Positions 19,577-29,730 of a stretch of 64,000 bases of DNA are shown piece by piece. The notes under the pieces were generated by a model. The model did not search any database, had not been told where the DNA came from, and was given only the letters and a program-made list of their open reading frames with translations. Source of the stretch: Alphaproteobacteria bacterium (GTDB lineage Bacteria > Pseudomonadota > Alphaproteobacteria > GCA-2746255); NCBI GenBank assembly GCA_965249135.1, contig OZ252220.1, positions 1,664,001 through 1,728,000 on the forward strand, read 5' to 3'. How positions within the stretch are numbered: the first letter of the stretch is position 1; the number at the start of each line of letters is the position of its first letter. The translations under genes and the position numbers were made by a program.

Positions 19577-21595
19577 TCAGGAAAGCCGTTGGCGGACGGC
19601 GTCGGCCACCACTTCCGGGGTAATGCCGAAATGCTGAAAGAGGGCCTTGCCAGGGGCGGAAGCGCCAAAGCCGGACATGCCGATGAACAGACCGTCCGAG
19701 CCGAGGTAACGTTCCCAGCCCAGGGAAACGGCCGCCTCGATGCCGACACGAAGGGTGGCCGAACCCAGAACCTCCCGCCTGTAGTCGGCATCCTGTTCCT
19801 CGAAGAGTTCCCAACATGGCATCGAAACGACGCGGGCTTGGATGCCGTCTTTGGCAAGCATCTCACGCGCCGCAAGGGCGACGCTCACTTCCGAGCCAGT
19901 TGCGATGAGCGTCACCTTTGCCTCACCTTCCGAAGGTGCAAGGAGGTAGCCGCCCCTTGCCGAAAGATTTTCTTTCGTTTTTTCCGTCCGCACGGTGGGA
20001 AGGCCTTGTCGGGTGAGCGCAAGGACGGAAGGCCGATTCCGCGACTGAATCGCGAGTGCCCAGCACTCTGCCGTTTCCACGGCGTCCGCCGGACGCAGGA
20101 CACAAAGATTCGGTATCGCGCGAAGCGACGCCAAATGTTCGACGGGCTGGTGAGTCGGTCCATCTTCGCCCAGACCGATCGAATCATGGGTCATCACGTA
20201 AATCACGCCCAGTCCCATCAGCGCGGAAAGACGCAGCGCCGGCCGGCAGTAATCCGTGAAGATCAGAAAGCTCCCGCCATAGGGGATGACGCCCCCATGG
20301 AGGGCGAGCCCGTTCATGACGGCGGCCATCGCGTGTTCGCGAACGCCGTAATGGATATAGCCGCCGCCGTAATCGTCCCGGGTGAGCGGTTTTTGGTTGG
20401 CCGTCTTCGTGTTGTTCGACCCCGTCAGGTCCGCAGACCCGCCGATGAGCTCAGGCAGCGATGGCATGAGCGCTTCGAGCGCTCGCTCGGAGGCCTTTCG
20501 GGTCGCCAGACTCGGCGCTTCCGAGCGGAATTTGTCCTTCAAACGGTTAAGGGCGGTTTCCCACCCCTTCGGTAAGCGTTTGGCGAACATGCGCTCGAAT
20601 TCTTCACGCGCCGCCGGCGCGAGACGGTCGCGTCTTGCTTCCCAGGCCTGCCGGGCGGCAGCCCCTTGGGCGCCGATGGCCCGCCAGGCATTCAGAATCG
20701 CTTCCGGCACGACGAAGGGGGGCTCCGTCCAACCAAGGGCCGCCCGCACCCCGGCCACTTCCTCGGCGCCCAATGGAGCGCCGTGGGTCGCCGCCGTTCC
20801 CGCCTTCTTCGGCGCGCCGTAGCCGATGGTCGTTTGACAGGCGATCAGTGAGGGCCGGTCCGATTCGCGTGCCTTCGTGAGCGCTTCAAAAATGGCGTCC
20901 GGATCGTGCCCGTCGATGCGGGTGGTTTCCCAGCCGGCAGCCTCGAAGCGCTTCGGCTGATCATCGGAAACCGTGAGCGACGTCGGGCCGTCGATCGAAA
21001 CCCGGTTGTCGTCGAAGAGGACGATGAGTTTATGAAGCCGTAAGTGACCAGCCAGCGAGATCGCCTCGTGGCTGATCCCTTCCATCAGGCACCCGTCGCC
21101 GACAATCGCGTAAATATGATGGTCGACGACGGCGCTTCCGAAACGCGCCGCCAGGTGCCGTTCGCCAATCGCCATGCCGACGGCGTTCGCCAATCCCTGG
21201 CCGAGCGGCCCGGTCGTCGTCTCGATGCCCTTCGCATGGCGGTATTCCGGGTGGCCGGGCGTACGGCTTCCGAGCTGGCGGAAACGTTCGAGTTCCTCAA
21301 GCGGCATGTCCGCGTAGCCGGTGAGATAAAGCAGCGCATAGAGCAGCATCGATCCGTGGCCCGCCGAAAGGACGAGACGGTCACGATCCGGCCAATCCGG
21401 GACGGATGGGTCGAATTTCAGGAAATGGCGGGTGAGCACGGTCGCCACGTCCGCCATGCCCATCGGCATGCCAGGGTGGCCGGATTGTGCTTTTTCCACG
21501 GCGTCCATCGCGAGCACGCGGATCGTGTTGGCGAGATCCCGATGGGACGGCACCGTCCGGGAAGCCTGGTTGGAGCTGGAGGCGAGTCGGTTCAC
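19577..21595 (-). CDS. tkt: Transketolase (start uncertain: GTG 21595 or 21553)
   Basis: [45 protein letters not shown]. Confidence 0.97.
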   Translation of the reverse strand: MNRLASSSNQASRTVPSHRDLANTIRVLAMDAVEKAQSGHPGMPMGMADVATVLTRHFLKFDPSVPDWPDRDRLVLSAGHGSMLLYALLYLTGYADMPLEELERFRQLGSRTPGHPEYRHAKGIETTTGPLGQGLANAVGMAIGERHLAARFGSAVVDHHIYAIVGDGCLMEGISHEAISLAGHLRLHKLIVLFDDNRVSIDGPTSLTVSDDQPKRFEAAGWETTRIDGHDPDAIFEALTKARESDRPSLIACQTTIGYGAPKKAGTAATHGAPLGAEEVAGVRAALGWTEPPFVVPEAILNAWRAIGAQGAAARQAWEARRDRLAPAAREEFERMFAKRLPKGWETALNRLKDKFRSEAPSLATRKASERALEALMPSLPELIGGSADLTGSNNTKTANQKPLTRDDYGGGYIHYGVREHAMAAVMNGLALHGGVIPYGGSFLIFTDYCRPALRLSALMGLGVIYVMTHDSIGLGEDGPTHQPVEHLASLRAIPNLCVLRPADAVETAECWALAIQSRNRPSVLALTRQGLPTVRTEKTKENLSARGGYLLAPSEGEAKVTLIATGSEVSVALAAREMLAKDGIQARVVSMPCWELFEEQDADYRREVLGSATLRVGIEAAVSLGWERYLGSDGLFIGMSGFGASAPGKALFQHFGITPEVVADAVRQRLS

Positions 21596-21853
21596 GGCAA
21601 TTGCGATGCGTTGGTCTTCGACATGGATTCGACTACACGACCGGCGGGCCCGCTGGCGAAGGCTGTAACGTGAAGGGTCTATAACAGATCGCGGTCGCCT
21701 GTGGGAATGGCGTTTTCCCGAAAAGGCTTTCTTCGACATGCTCGATTGGTCGCGCTACGTCGGCCAGCTAGGATTTGATCCCCCCACCCCCATGGGCTAT
21801 GCCAAGACCCGCGTGTCCATTCGATGGGCGGCGAAGCGGCATGGGGCGGCTAG

Positions 21854-22861
21854 ATGGCGGAGAATGCCGGGAAGGCGAGTGGGCTTGAAGGCGAATTTGT
21901 CGCCGAGGCGGTCGAGCGACGGTGGTGGCCCTTTTTTCTCAAAGTCGCCGTCTCCGTAATCCTGATCGTCTTCCTTGTCACCACGCACGATGTCGGCGAG
22001 GCAATTCGCCACCTTGGCGGCATCCGGACACCCTGGCTGTTCGGCGGCCTCTTGTTGCTGGGCCTCGGCATTTTTCTAGCCGTCCTTCGCTGGGCGGCCG
22101 TCCTTGACGGCATGGGGATAGACTTACGCTTTCGGGAAGCCTTTCGCATTGTGCTCGTCGGGCTCTTCTTCAACCAGGCGCTGCCCTCCACGATTGGCGG
22201 CGATGCCGTAAGGGCGTGGCAGATCCATCGGGCCGTTGCCTCCGTTGGCCTTGCCCTTCGAAGCGTTATTCTCGACCGTCTGGCGGGCCTTGCCGGCCCG
22301 ATTCTTCTGGTGGCGGCGGTACTTCCTTTTCTCTTTCAGATCACGTCAAGCAGCGTCGCCCACGTCACGATGATGGGCCTTATCGCGGTGGCGGTGGCGG
22401 TGCTTGCCATGGTGCTGGTGTTCGACCGGTTGCCGATGGCTGCTTTAAGGGGCCGCATCTATGAATCTCTTGTCCATCTTTCCAAGGACGCCAGAAAACT
22501 TCTGCTGGCATCCCGGCGTGCGCCCCTTGTTCTTGGTTTTTCCACCTTCATTCATGTGCTTTCCGCCCTTACCGTTTTCTGTCTTGCACAGGGCCTTGGG
22601 GTCACGGTCGGTATCGTAGAATGTCTGGTGCTCGTCCCGCCGGTCATCATGTTGATGGTATTGCCGATCTCCCTTGCCGGTTGGGGGGTGCGGGAAGGGG
22701 CGATGATCGCCGCGCTTGGTTTCGTCAACGTCCCGGCGGGCGAGGCCCTTCTCCTGTCGATTGCCTTCGGGCTTGCCGTGCTTCTCACCAACCTGCCCGG
22801 TGGGGCCGTCTGGTTTCTCACACGCGCACCCCGTCCAACGAACGAGAGGGCAACGGAATGA
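21854..22861 (+). CDS. Lysylphosphatidylglycerol synthase TM-domain (YbhN/UPF0104) flippase-like membrane protein
   Basis: FFNQALPSTIGGDAVR, LDRLAG, LPISLAGWGVRE; about 8 hydrophobic segments. Confidence 0.88.
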   Translation: MAENAGKASGLEGEFVAEAVERRWWPFFLKVAVSVILIVFLVTTHDVGEAIRHLGGIRTPWLFGGLLLLGLGIFLAVLRWAAVLDGMGIDLRFREAFRIVLVGLFFNQALPSTIGGDAVRAWQIHRAVASVGLALRSVILDRLAGLAGPILLVAAVLPFLFQITSSSVAHVTMMGLIAVAVAVLAMVLVFDRLPMAALRGRIYESLVHLSKDARKLLLASRRAPLVLGFSTFIHVLSALTVFCLAQGLGVTVGIVECLVLVPPVIMLMVLPISLAGWGVREGAMIAALGFVNVPAGEALLLSIAFGLAVLLTNLPGGAVWFLTRAPRPTNERATE

Positions 22862-24327
22862 ACCGATCCGAAGCGCCCGTCCCGTCCTATGAGTCTCAGC
22901 CGCACGCGTCACGCAAGAATCGGATCCGCGAACGCTTCGATCGACTTGCAGAGGAACGGGGTGAGTGGATTTCTCGCAATTGGTTCTTTCACGAGGATGA
23001 CCGCAACTATATGCGCTTCCTTGTTCCCGAAGGGCTGCGCATCCTTGAACTCGGTTGTGGGACAGGGGAGATTCTGCATGCCCTGCAACCGTCCCGAGGG
23101 GTAGGCATCGATTTCAGTGAGCCAACGATTCATGTGGCGCAGGCAAAACATCCGGAACTCGAATTCGTCGTAGGCGACATCGAGGATCCGGCGGTTCTTG
23201 AAAAACTAGAGGGGCCGTTCGATATCATCGTGCTCTCGGATACGATCGGTTATCTCGACGATTGCCAGGCGCTGCTCGCTTCTCTTCACTCGCTTTGTAC
23301 GGCGGAAACGCGTCTCGTCGTCGCTTACTATTCCCATCTTTGGGAGCCGGTCCTGAAGGTTGCCGAATGGCTTGGCAACAAGATGCCTCAACCGTCACTG
23401 AATTGGATCACACCGGACGATCTTGTCGGCATCATGGGGCTGGCGGGTTTCGAGGTCATCAAGCGGGAATGGCGACAAATTCTCCCAAGGCATCTTTTCG
23501 GGGTTGGGCGGCTTATAAACCGATTCTTAGGCACGCTACCCTTCCTTCGGCGACTTTCGCTTCGCAATTACGTTGTGGCAAGGTCGCTTCGGAACGTCGA
23601 ACCTCAACGACTCAGCGCCAGCGTTATCATCCCTTGCCGAAACGAGCACGGCAACATCGAAGATGTCGTCCGCCGAATACCAAGATTTTGTGACGAGCTT
23701 GAAATTCTTTTCGTCGAGGGAAACAGCGTAGATGGAACTTTCGAAGAATGCCAACGTGTGAAAGAAGCGTATCCGGATCTCGCAATCGAAGTGCTACGGC
23801 AGGATGGAGAGGGAAAAGGCAATGCCGTTCGAAAAGGGTTTCAGGAAGCGCGGGGGGAGGTGTTGATGATTTTGGACGCTGACCTAACGGTTCCTCCGGA
23901 ATCACTTCCGAAATTTTACGAAGCGATCGCCCATGGAAAGGGTGAATTCATTAACGGCACCCGGATGGTCTATCCGTTGGAGCAAGATTCGATGCGTTTT
24001 TTGAACTATTGGGCAAATCGCATCTTTGCCTGGCTTTTTACTTGGCTGTTAAACCAGAGATTCACGGATACGCTTTGCGGGACCAAGGTGCTGCGACACG
24101 ACCGTTATGAACGGATCGTAGCAAACCGTGCCTATTTTGGCGATTTCGATCCGTTCGGCGATTTCGATCTGATCTTTGGCGCAGCAAAGCTGAATTTAAA
24201 AATCGTTGAAGTGCCGGTTCGCTATGCCAGCCGAAATTATGGCACGACCCAGATCGCTCGCTTCCGACATGGATGGCTGTTGTTGCGCATGGTGTTCTTT
24301 GCTTACCGTAAGTTAAAGGCCTTCTAG
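22858..24327 (+). CDS. Class I SAM methyltransferase fused to a GT2 (DPM-synthase-like) glycosyltransferase
   Basis: LELGCGTG; SVIIPCRNE, VEGNSVDG, GKGNAVRKG, ILDADLT, DTLCGTK, DPFGDFDL; ATGA overlap with the upstream gene. Confidence 0.9.
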   Translation: MNRSEAPVPSYESQPHASRKNRIRERFDRLAEERGEWISRNWFFHEDDRNYMRFLVPEGLRILELGCGTGEILHALQPSRGVGIDFSEPTIHVAQAKHPELEFVVGDIEDPAVLEKLEGPFDIIVLSDTIGYLDDCQALLASLHSLCTAETRLVVAYYSHLWEPVLKVAEWLGNKMPQPSLNWITPDDLVGIMGLAGFEVIKREWRQILPRHLFGVGRLINRFLGTLPFLRRLSLRNYVVARSLRNVEPQRLSASVIIPCRNEHGNIEDVVRRIPRFCDELEILFVEGNSVDGTFEECQRVKEAYPDLAIEVLRQDGEGKGNAVRKGFQEARGEVLMILDADLTVPPESLPKFYEAIAHGKGEFINGTRMVYPLEQDSMRFLNYWANRIFAWLFTWLLNQRFTDTLCGTKVLRHDRYERIVANRAYFGDFDPFGDFDLIFGAAKLNLKIVEVPVRYASRNYGTTQIARFRHGWLLLRMVFFAYRKLKAF

Positions 24328-24332
24328 CTTCC

Positions 24333-25055
24333 ATGGATCCGCGTCTGGATGTGCATCGTCGGCAATGGGAAGAAAAGGCGGTCCTTCGGGCGGTTTACAC
24401 CGATCTTTATCGGCGCATGGCGACCTCACTCGTTCCCGGCCCGACCCTTGAGATCGGCGGCGGGTCCGGCAATCTGAAGGCCTTTGCGCCGCAGGTACTC
24501 TCGACCGACCTTTTGGAAATGCCATGGCTTGACGCGGTCGCCGACGCCCAGGCGCTTCCATCCGCACCGTCAAGTTTTGACAACATCGTGATGTTTGATG
24601 TGCTGCATCATATCGCCCGGCCTCGCGCCTTTTTCACGGAGGCGGTCCGCGTCCTGCGGAAAGGGGGGCGTCTCGTCATGGTAGAGCCGGCCATTACGCC
24701 TCTCAGCGGGATTTTCTATCGTTTCCTGCATCCGGAGCCGGTTGATTTTCACGTCGATCCGCTGGCGGAGCAGGCCGGCGATCCCAAGCGCGACGCCTTT
24801 GCGGCGAACCAGGCCGTGCCCATTCTTCTCTTCCGAAAACGGCGTTCGGCGTTTCAGCAAGCCTTTCCGCAATTTAAGTTTTGTGAAACGTCTTTCTTGA
24901 GTCTTTTTACCTACCCCCTTTCCGGTGGGTTCCGTTCCTGGAGCCTGATCCCGGCCGGCGTCGTGCGAAGCCTGCTTCGCCTCGAGGATTCTTTGCTGCC
25001 CCTTCTGGGCCCGTTGATGGCGTTTCGGATGCTCGTCGTGTTGGAGCGGACTTGA
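24333..25055 (+). CDS. Class I SAM-dependent methyltransferase
   Basis: LEIGGGSG, DAQALP, FDVLHHI, GGRLVMVEP. Confidence 0.88.
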   Translation: MDPRLDVHRRQWEEKAVLRAVYTDLYRRMATSLVPGPTLEIGGGSGNLKAFAPQVLSTDLLEMPWLDAVADAQALPSAPSSFDNIVMFDVLHHIARPRAFFTEAVRVLRKGGRLVMVEPAITPLSGIFYRFLHPEPVDFHVDPLAEQAGDPKRDAFAANQAVPILLFRKRRSAFQQAFPQFKFCETSFLSLFTYPLSGGFRSWSLIPAGVVRSLLRLEDSLLPLLGPLMAFRMLVVLERT

Positions 25056-25168
25056 TAGGCGCGATAGGCGCGGGCCATTTTTTTGGCTGGATCGGGTGAG
25101 TTGGAAGAAGTATAGGATGGCTCAACTTTAGGTTGGTCCGCCCATTTTCCGTTCACGATCAGGCGTAC

Positions 25169-26419
25169 ATGGGAAGCAGTGGAAATCGCGGGAGCGAAGC
25201 GGAAGATCGCAAGCTTTCGCAGAGGTCGGTAGATGGCTTTTGGATCCTCCTTGTCTTCGGCCTTCTTTTCTTTAATCCGTTTGTCTTTGGATCGAACGGC
25301 TCTCGGACCAACCTTTCCTTTTATGATATCCTCCTGCCACTGATTTTTTTTAGTGCGGTCGCACAAGGTCAAATCACGTGGCCGGAAAGAAAAACGGTCT
25401 TTCTTTTCCTCTCCCCCTGTTTTCTTATCGTCCTCCACTCGGTTTTAACCGTTTCCTTGGCGGAAGGTATTCATCTTGGTCCACTGCTCGTCGGGACGCT
25501 TCGACAGGCTGCCTTCTTCGTCGACATCGGCATGCTCATCCTTTTGTTTCAAATGCCGGAACGGCGGCGTCCATCCCAGGGCGTTTTTCTTGCCCTCCTT
25601 TTTATCGCCACGGCCTACGCCCTTATGATGCGTTACCTGGAGGAGTATGTTCCAGATTGGCCCACCTATGAAACGATTTACGCGGCCATTGTCACTGGCC
25701 TATTGCTGCTTTTCCTTTTCATACAAAGATCGAAGGGAAAATCGGAAAGTTTTTTAAAGACGAGCATCCTCATCGCTTGGGTATTTGCCATTCTTCTTCT
25801 TCTCTATACGAAACTCTTTATCCTGATTACCCTCTTTATAGCCATGCTTTTTTTCTTTGAGGAATCTCGAGAATTCGGAGGGCGACGGATCAAGCGGCTG
25901 CTCTTCAGCGCCGGTTTTTTTGCTGCATTGGTCATTCTCTTCGTGGTTGCGCTCATCGAAATGGGTTTTGGGCGTTACTTTGTTAACATTTATGGCGCCC
26001 TTGCTTCGGTAATCCATCAGTCAATCAATATCCGCTTTCAACTTTGGTCGTCCGCGTGGGGATTTGTCCTTGAAACGTTTCCATGGGGAACCGGCTTGAA
26101 TCAGTTTGGCGGTTCTATTGCCGAGCCTTCCAATTCGCAGATATCGCGTCTAGCGGGCGCTCACAACACGCCACTGCGCCTTTTGATGGAGCTTGGCATG
26201 CTCGGGGTCGGCATATTCGGTGTGGTGCTTGCGATGGTTGCTTTTAGCGGACGAAAATTGGACGCTTATCAAAAGGCGATGCTCTGCTTGTATATCTTGA
26301 TGCCGATGTTGCTGCATGATGTGCTTGGACTTCGTATCTTCCATATCGTTCTGGCTTTCTGTCTGGCCGTAACGTTTTTTCAGACGGGCACAACGCTTAA
26401 GGCGCGCCGATCGCCCTGA
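25169..26419 (+). CDS. O-antigen ligase/Wzy-like membrane protein
   Basis: Many hydrophobic segments; R..LW..AW...PWGTG and AHNTPLRLLMELGMLG. Confidence 0.8.
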   Translation: MGSSGNRGSEAEDRKLSQRSVDGFWILLVFGLLFFNPFVFGSNGSRTNLSFYDILLPLIFFSAVAQGQITWPERKTVFLFLSPCFLIVLHSVLTVSLAEGIHLGPLLVGTLRQAAFFVDIGMLILLFQMPERRRPSQGVFLALLFIATAYALMMRYLEEYVPDWPTYETIYAAIVTGLLLLFLFIQRSKGKSESFLKTSILIAWVFAILLLLYTKLFILITLFIAMLFFFEESREFGGRRIKRLLFSAGFFAALVILFVVALIEMGFGRYFVNIYGALASVIHQSINIRFQLWSSAWGFVLETFPWGTGLNQFGGSIAEPSNSQISRLAGAHNTPLRLLMELGMLGVGIFGVVLAMVAFSGRKLDAYQKAMLCLYILMPMLLHDVLGLRIFHIVLAFCLAVTFFQTGTTLKARRSP

Positions 26420-27666
26420 TGGTTGCCCGGGGTATTCTATCCGCCGTTCTTGGCGGCCTTCTCGCCCGCGGCGTCACCGTGCTTATTCCGGTCATGGTGG
26501 CCCACACGTATGTGCTGGGAATCGAGACGGATGCCTTCTTTCTGGCCGCCGCAGGCATTCTTTTCTGGTCGACGACGATGGGGATTCTTGTGGAGGCCTC
26601 GATTGTCTCCCGGCTCATGGACGTCGCCGAAGAAGGTCGCTGGACGCTTATTCTTCGCACCGGTTTGCTGCTTTCCGGCTTCACGCTGTTGTTGGGCGGT
26701 GCGCTCATGGCGGCGATTTGGATTCTTCCCTGGCCCGGAAAGGATGTTGCGCTTGGCGTACAGACACGTCTTCTTTTCGTCGAACTTTCACCTCTTCTGC
26801 TACTCAACGTATGGATCAGCCTCTTTTCCGGCTGGTTGAACGCGGAGCGACGCTTTGCGATCGTTGCCGGGTCTCCCGCCGTATTGGGCGTTTTCGTTTT
26901 AGGCTCGGTTTGGTTTCTGCACGATACGTTTGCGATTCACGCCCTTACCATCGGCTATCTGTTGGGAGAACTCGTCCGACTAGGCTTTCTTGGCACCCAC
27001 CTTGTTCGTCATCATCCATTCAGGCGCCGGTTCCAGGGTAGCGTCGCCGTCGTACCCTATTTTCAGAACATCGGGCTTCAGTGGATTGGTCTCTCACTCA
27101 TAAACGGAAATCTGCTCGTCGATCGGTTGATGGCGGGCGGGCTTGCGGAAGGTTCCGTGAGTAGGCTCGAGTTTATCGAGCGCATTTACCTCGTGCCCGT
27201 CGGTATCCTTACTTGGGCGGTTCTTTCAGTAATGACGACGGCGTGGTCGCTGGTACGGGAAGAAATTCTGCGTCAGTGGGAAAGCATTCGCCGGTCCCTC
27301 GGCATCCTGCTTCTCGGTGGGGCGGGGATTGCGCTTGTGCTGGGGCTTCTGCATCATCCGTTGCTTACCTGGCTCTATGCGCCATCGGGAGAGGCGGTAT
27401 GGTCGGAAGAGGGCGAACGCGCCTTTCTCTTTCTCGTTTGGGGTTTGCCGTTTCAGCTTGCCACCTTGACGCTTTGGCGCGTGACGATGCTGGATAGGGA
27501 TCTAGGCTGGCAGGTGCTGGCGATCGGTGGATTTGCCTTCCTTCTTAACGCCATCGGAGACTATGTCTTGCGCGACTACTGGGGTCTTTCCGGCATTACC
27601 GCCGTGACAGGGCTCACGTATCTCTGTACGTTTTTATTGTTGTTTCGATTGATCCGTCCGTCCTGA
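26419..27666 (+). CDS. MurJ/MviN-like (MOP family) flippase
   Basis: TDAFFLAA, GWLNAERRF, DRLMAGGLAEGSVSRLEFIERIYLVPVGI; 415 aa. Confidence 0.75.
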   Translation: MVARGILSAVLGGLLARGVTVLIPVMVAHTYVLGIETDAFFLAAAGILFWSTTMGILVEASIVSRLMDVAEEGRWTLILRTGLLLSGFTLLLGGALMAAIWILPWPGKDVALGVQTRLLFVELSPLLLLNVWISLFSGWLNAERRFAIVAGSPAVLGVFVLGSVWFLHDTFAIHALTIGYLLGELVRLGFLGTHLVRHHPFRRRFQGSVAVVPYFQNIGLQWIGLSLINGNLLVDRLMAGGLAEGSVSRLEFIERIYLVPVGILTWAVLSVMTTAWSLVREEILRQWESIRRSLGILLLGGAGIALVLGLLHHPLLTWLYAPSGEAVWSEEGERAFLFLVWGLPFQLATLTLWRVTMLDRDLGWQVLAIGGFAFLLNAIGDYVLRDYWGLSGITAVTGLTYLCTFLLLFRLIRPS

Positions 27667-27675
27667 GATTTTTCT

Positions 27676-28551
27676 ATGTCACAAGAATATTCGCGTTGCT
27701 TTCTTGCAAAACCGGGACCGCCGGTTGAGGAATGGTATGCTGCCGAGCGGTTGCTTTCGCTTCCTCGGGAACGGAAGGTGCTTCGCTGTGGGGACGTAGC
27801 ATGGCTCCACCCCATGCCGACCTTTGAAGAATGCAAGGCGCTTTACTCGGAGGCCTATTACGCTTGTCGAGATTCGGCCTGCCCGCTTAGCCAGATTGAG
27901 AGTCAGCAACTTAATTATTTTGGTCGGCGCGTCAGGCGGATTTTCACGCGTTTAGGCCGCAAACCGGAAACCATGCTCGATATTGGCGCGGCAAGCGGCC
28001 TTTTCGTGCGTGCGGCGCGGGCGCAGGGGGTTGCCGCGGAAGGGATCGAGCTTTCGGGGTGGGCCTGCGAGCAAGCCAAGAGGGAACACGGGATTGATCT
28101 CATAGAAGGCGATCTTGTCCGCGACCACCTAGCCCTGCGTTCCAGTTACGATGTCATCGTCATGAACCATGTGCTGGAGCATTTGGTAGAGCCGCTGGCC
28201 TATCTTGATCGCATTCGTGACCTTTTAACGCCGAATGGCCTCTTGGTGATCGAGATCCCGCAACAATTCATTAATCCGATCGATCTCCTTTATCGAGCGG
28301 CCCGATACCGGCGACCCTATAGCCTCGCATCCGTTCACCATCCGTATTTTTATACGGTCTCAAGCGTGCTTCGCTTGATGGAGATGAGTGGCTTTAAGGC
28401 TGAACGTCCAATTACCTGGCTTCCAGAACAAGTCTTCCATCTTTGTAACCCATTCATTACCCGCCCGCTGCAAACCATGCTTTGGTTCGCAAACCGCATT
28501 GCTTTACGCGGCCACGTCATTGAGGTCTTTGCTACGCCAGAACCTGAATAA
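27676..28551 (+). CDS. Class I SAM-dependent methyltransferase
   Basis: LDIGAASG, GIELS, YDVIVMNHVLEH, LTPNGLLVIEIP. Confidence 0.88.
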   Translation: MSQEYSRCFLAKPGPPVEEWYAAERLLSLPRERKVLRCGDVAWLHPMPTFEECKALYSEAYYACRDSACPLSQIESQQLNYFGRRVRRIFTRLGRKPETMLDIGAASGLFVRAARAQGVAAEGIELSGWACEQAKREHGIDLIEGDLVRDHLALRSSYDVIVMNHVLEHLVEPLAYLDRIRDLLTPNGLLVIEIPQQFINPIDLLYRAARYRRPYSLASVHHPYFYTVSSVLRLMEMSGFKAERPITWLPEQVFHLCNPFITRPLQTMLWFANRIALRGHVIEVFATPEPE

Positions 28552-28584
28552 CGCGATCTTTTAGTCAATTCTTGTTGTTGAGGA

Positions 28585-29730
28585 TCAAGATCCCAATAGG
28601 TCGTGATAAAGCGCCATCGTTTGCTTAACGATTAAGCGTTCGGAAAACGATTCTTCAACAAATACCCGGCCCTGTTTTCCCATGGACGTGCGCAATCCCT
28701 GGTCTTGAGCCAGGCGTGAAATCGCGTTCGCCAGCGCCTCGGAATTCCTGGAGGGGACAAGCAAGCCCGTTTCATTCGAACGCACCACTTCCCGGCATCC
28801 GGGTGCATCCGTTGTGATAATCGGCCGTGCGCAGGCGGCTGCTTCCAGCAACGACTTTGGGATTCCCTCTCCATAATAGGAAGGCAAGACGGCGATATGG
28901 GCTTTCTTCCAGATCTCCCGCACGTCATCGCAAAAACCAAGCCAGTCGATGGTCTCCTCCCGGTTCCATGACTCGAGTTCCTCCTTGGAAAGAGAGGTTG
29001 GATTCTCCGGGTCCGGCATCCCGGCCAATAACACATGAATAGGGGTATCCCATCGCTGCAGCAGACGCCCCGCCTCGACCAGTTCCCGTACGCCCTTATC
29101 AAGAAGCATGCGGGAAACCATTGCGACGGTGATTGGCACAGGACCCGGTTCCGCAAGAGGGGAAAAGTGGCTTGTATCTACGCCGGACCCCGGGATCAAC
29201 GCCATCCGATCTTCGGCGAGATTTACCAATTTCTTCAACGCGTGAAAATCATCCCGGTTTTGCAACAGCGCCTTGCCATTTACCCGGTGCAGGAGAAGGC
29301 GTAAGGCCCAGCGAACGAAAAAGCGAAGCAGGGCCGCCTTTCGAGTCGTGGAGGCGAAGACGAAGCCAAGACCTGTTAGGGCATTCACTACGACGGGCAC
29401 GCTTTGGATCCAGGCGATGAGAGAGCCATAGATCACCGGCTTCATCGCTACATGGTGGGCAAGATCGGGCTTGACGGAACGGTAGGTACGAAACAGTTCA
29501 ACAAGAACACGAATTTCCGTAAAGGGGCTGAGGCTTTGTCGACGCAGATGGAGCGGAATAAGGTGAAACCCTTCCGCAAGTATTTGCTCGCCATGTGCCG
29601 TGACATGTGTCGCGACGAAAACCTCCATCCCTGCCTCGCGGGCAGCGCGGGCAATCGCCAGCCGATGTGAACAGAAGTACCAGTCTTCCGTCACGAAATA
29701 GAGAATCCTTAATGGTTTTTCTTCACCCAT
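28585..29730 (-). CDS. GT4 glycosyltransferase
   Basis: TEDWYFCSHR, KPVIYG, RMLLDKGVRE, LPSYYGEGIPKSLLEAAAC, DAPGCRE. Confidence 0.92.
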   Translation of the reverse strand: MGEEKPLRILYFVTEDWYFCSHRLAIARAAREAGMEVFVATHVTAHGEQILAEGFHLIPLHLRRQSLSPFTEIRVLVELFRTYRSVKPDLAHHVAMKPVIYGSLIAWIQSVPVVVNALTGLGFVFASTTRKAALLRFFVRWALRLLLHRVNGKALLQNRDDFHALKKLVNLAEDRMALIPGSGVDTSHFSPLAEPGPVPITVAMVSRMLLDKGVRELVEAGRLLQRWDTPIHVLLAGMPDPENPTSLSKEELESWNREETIDWLGFCDDVREIWKKAHIAVLPSYYGEGIPKSLLEAAACARPIITTDAPGCREVVRSNETGLLVPSRNSEALANAISRLAQDQGLRTSMGKQGRVFVEESFSERLIVKQTMALYHDLLGS

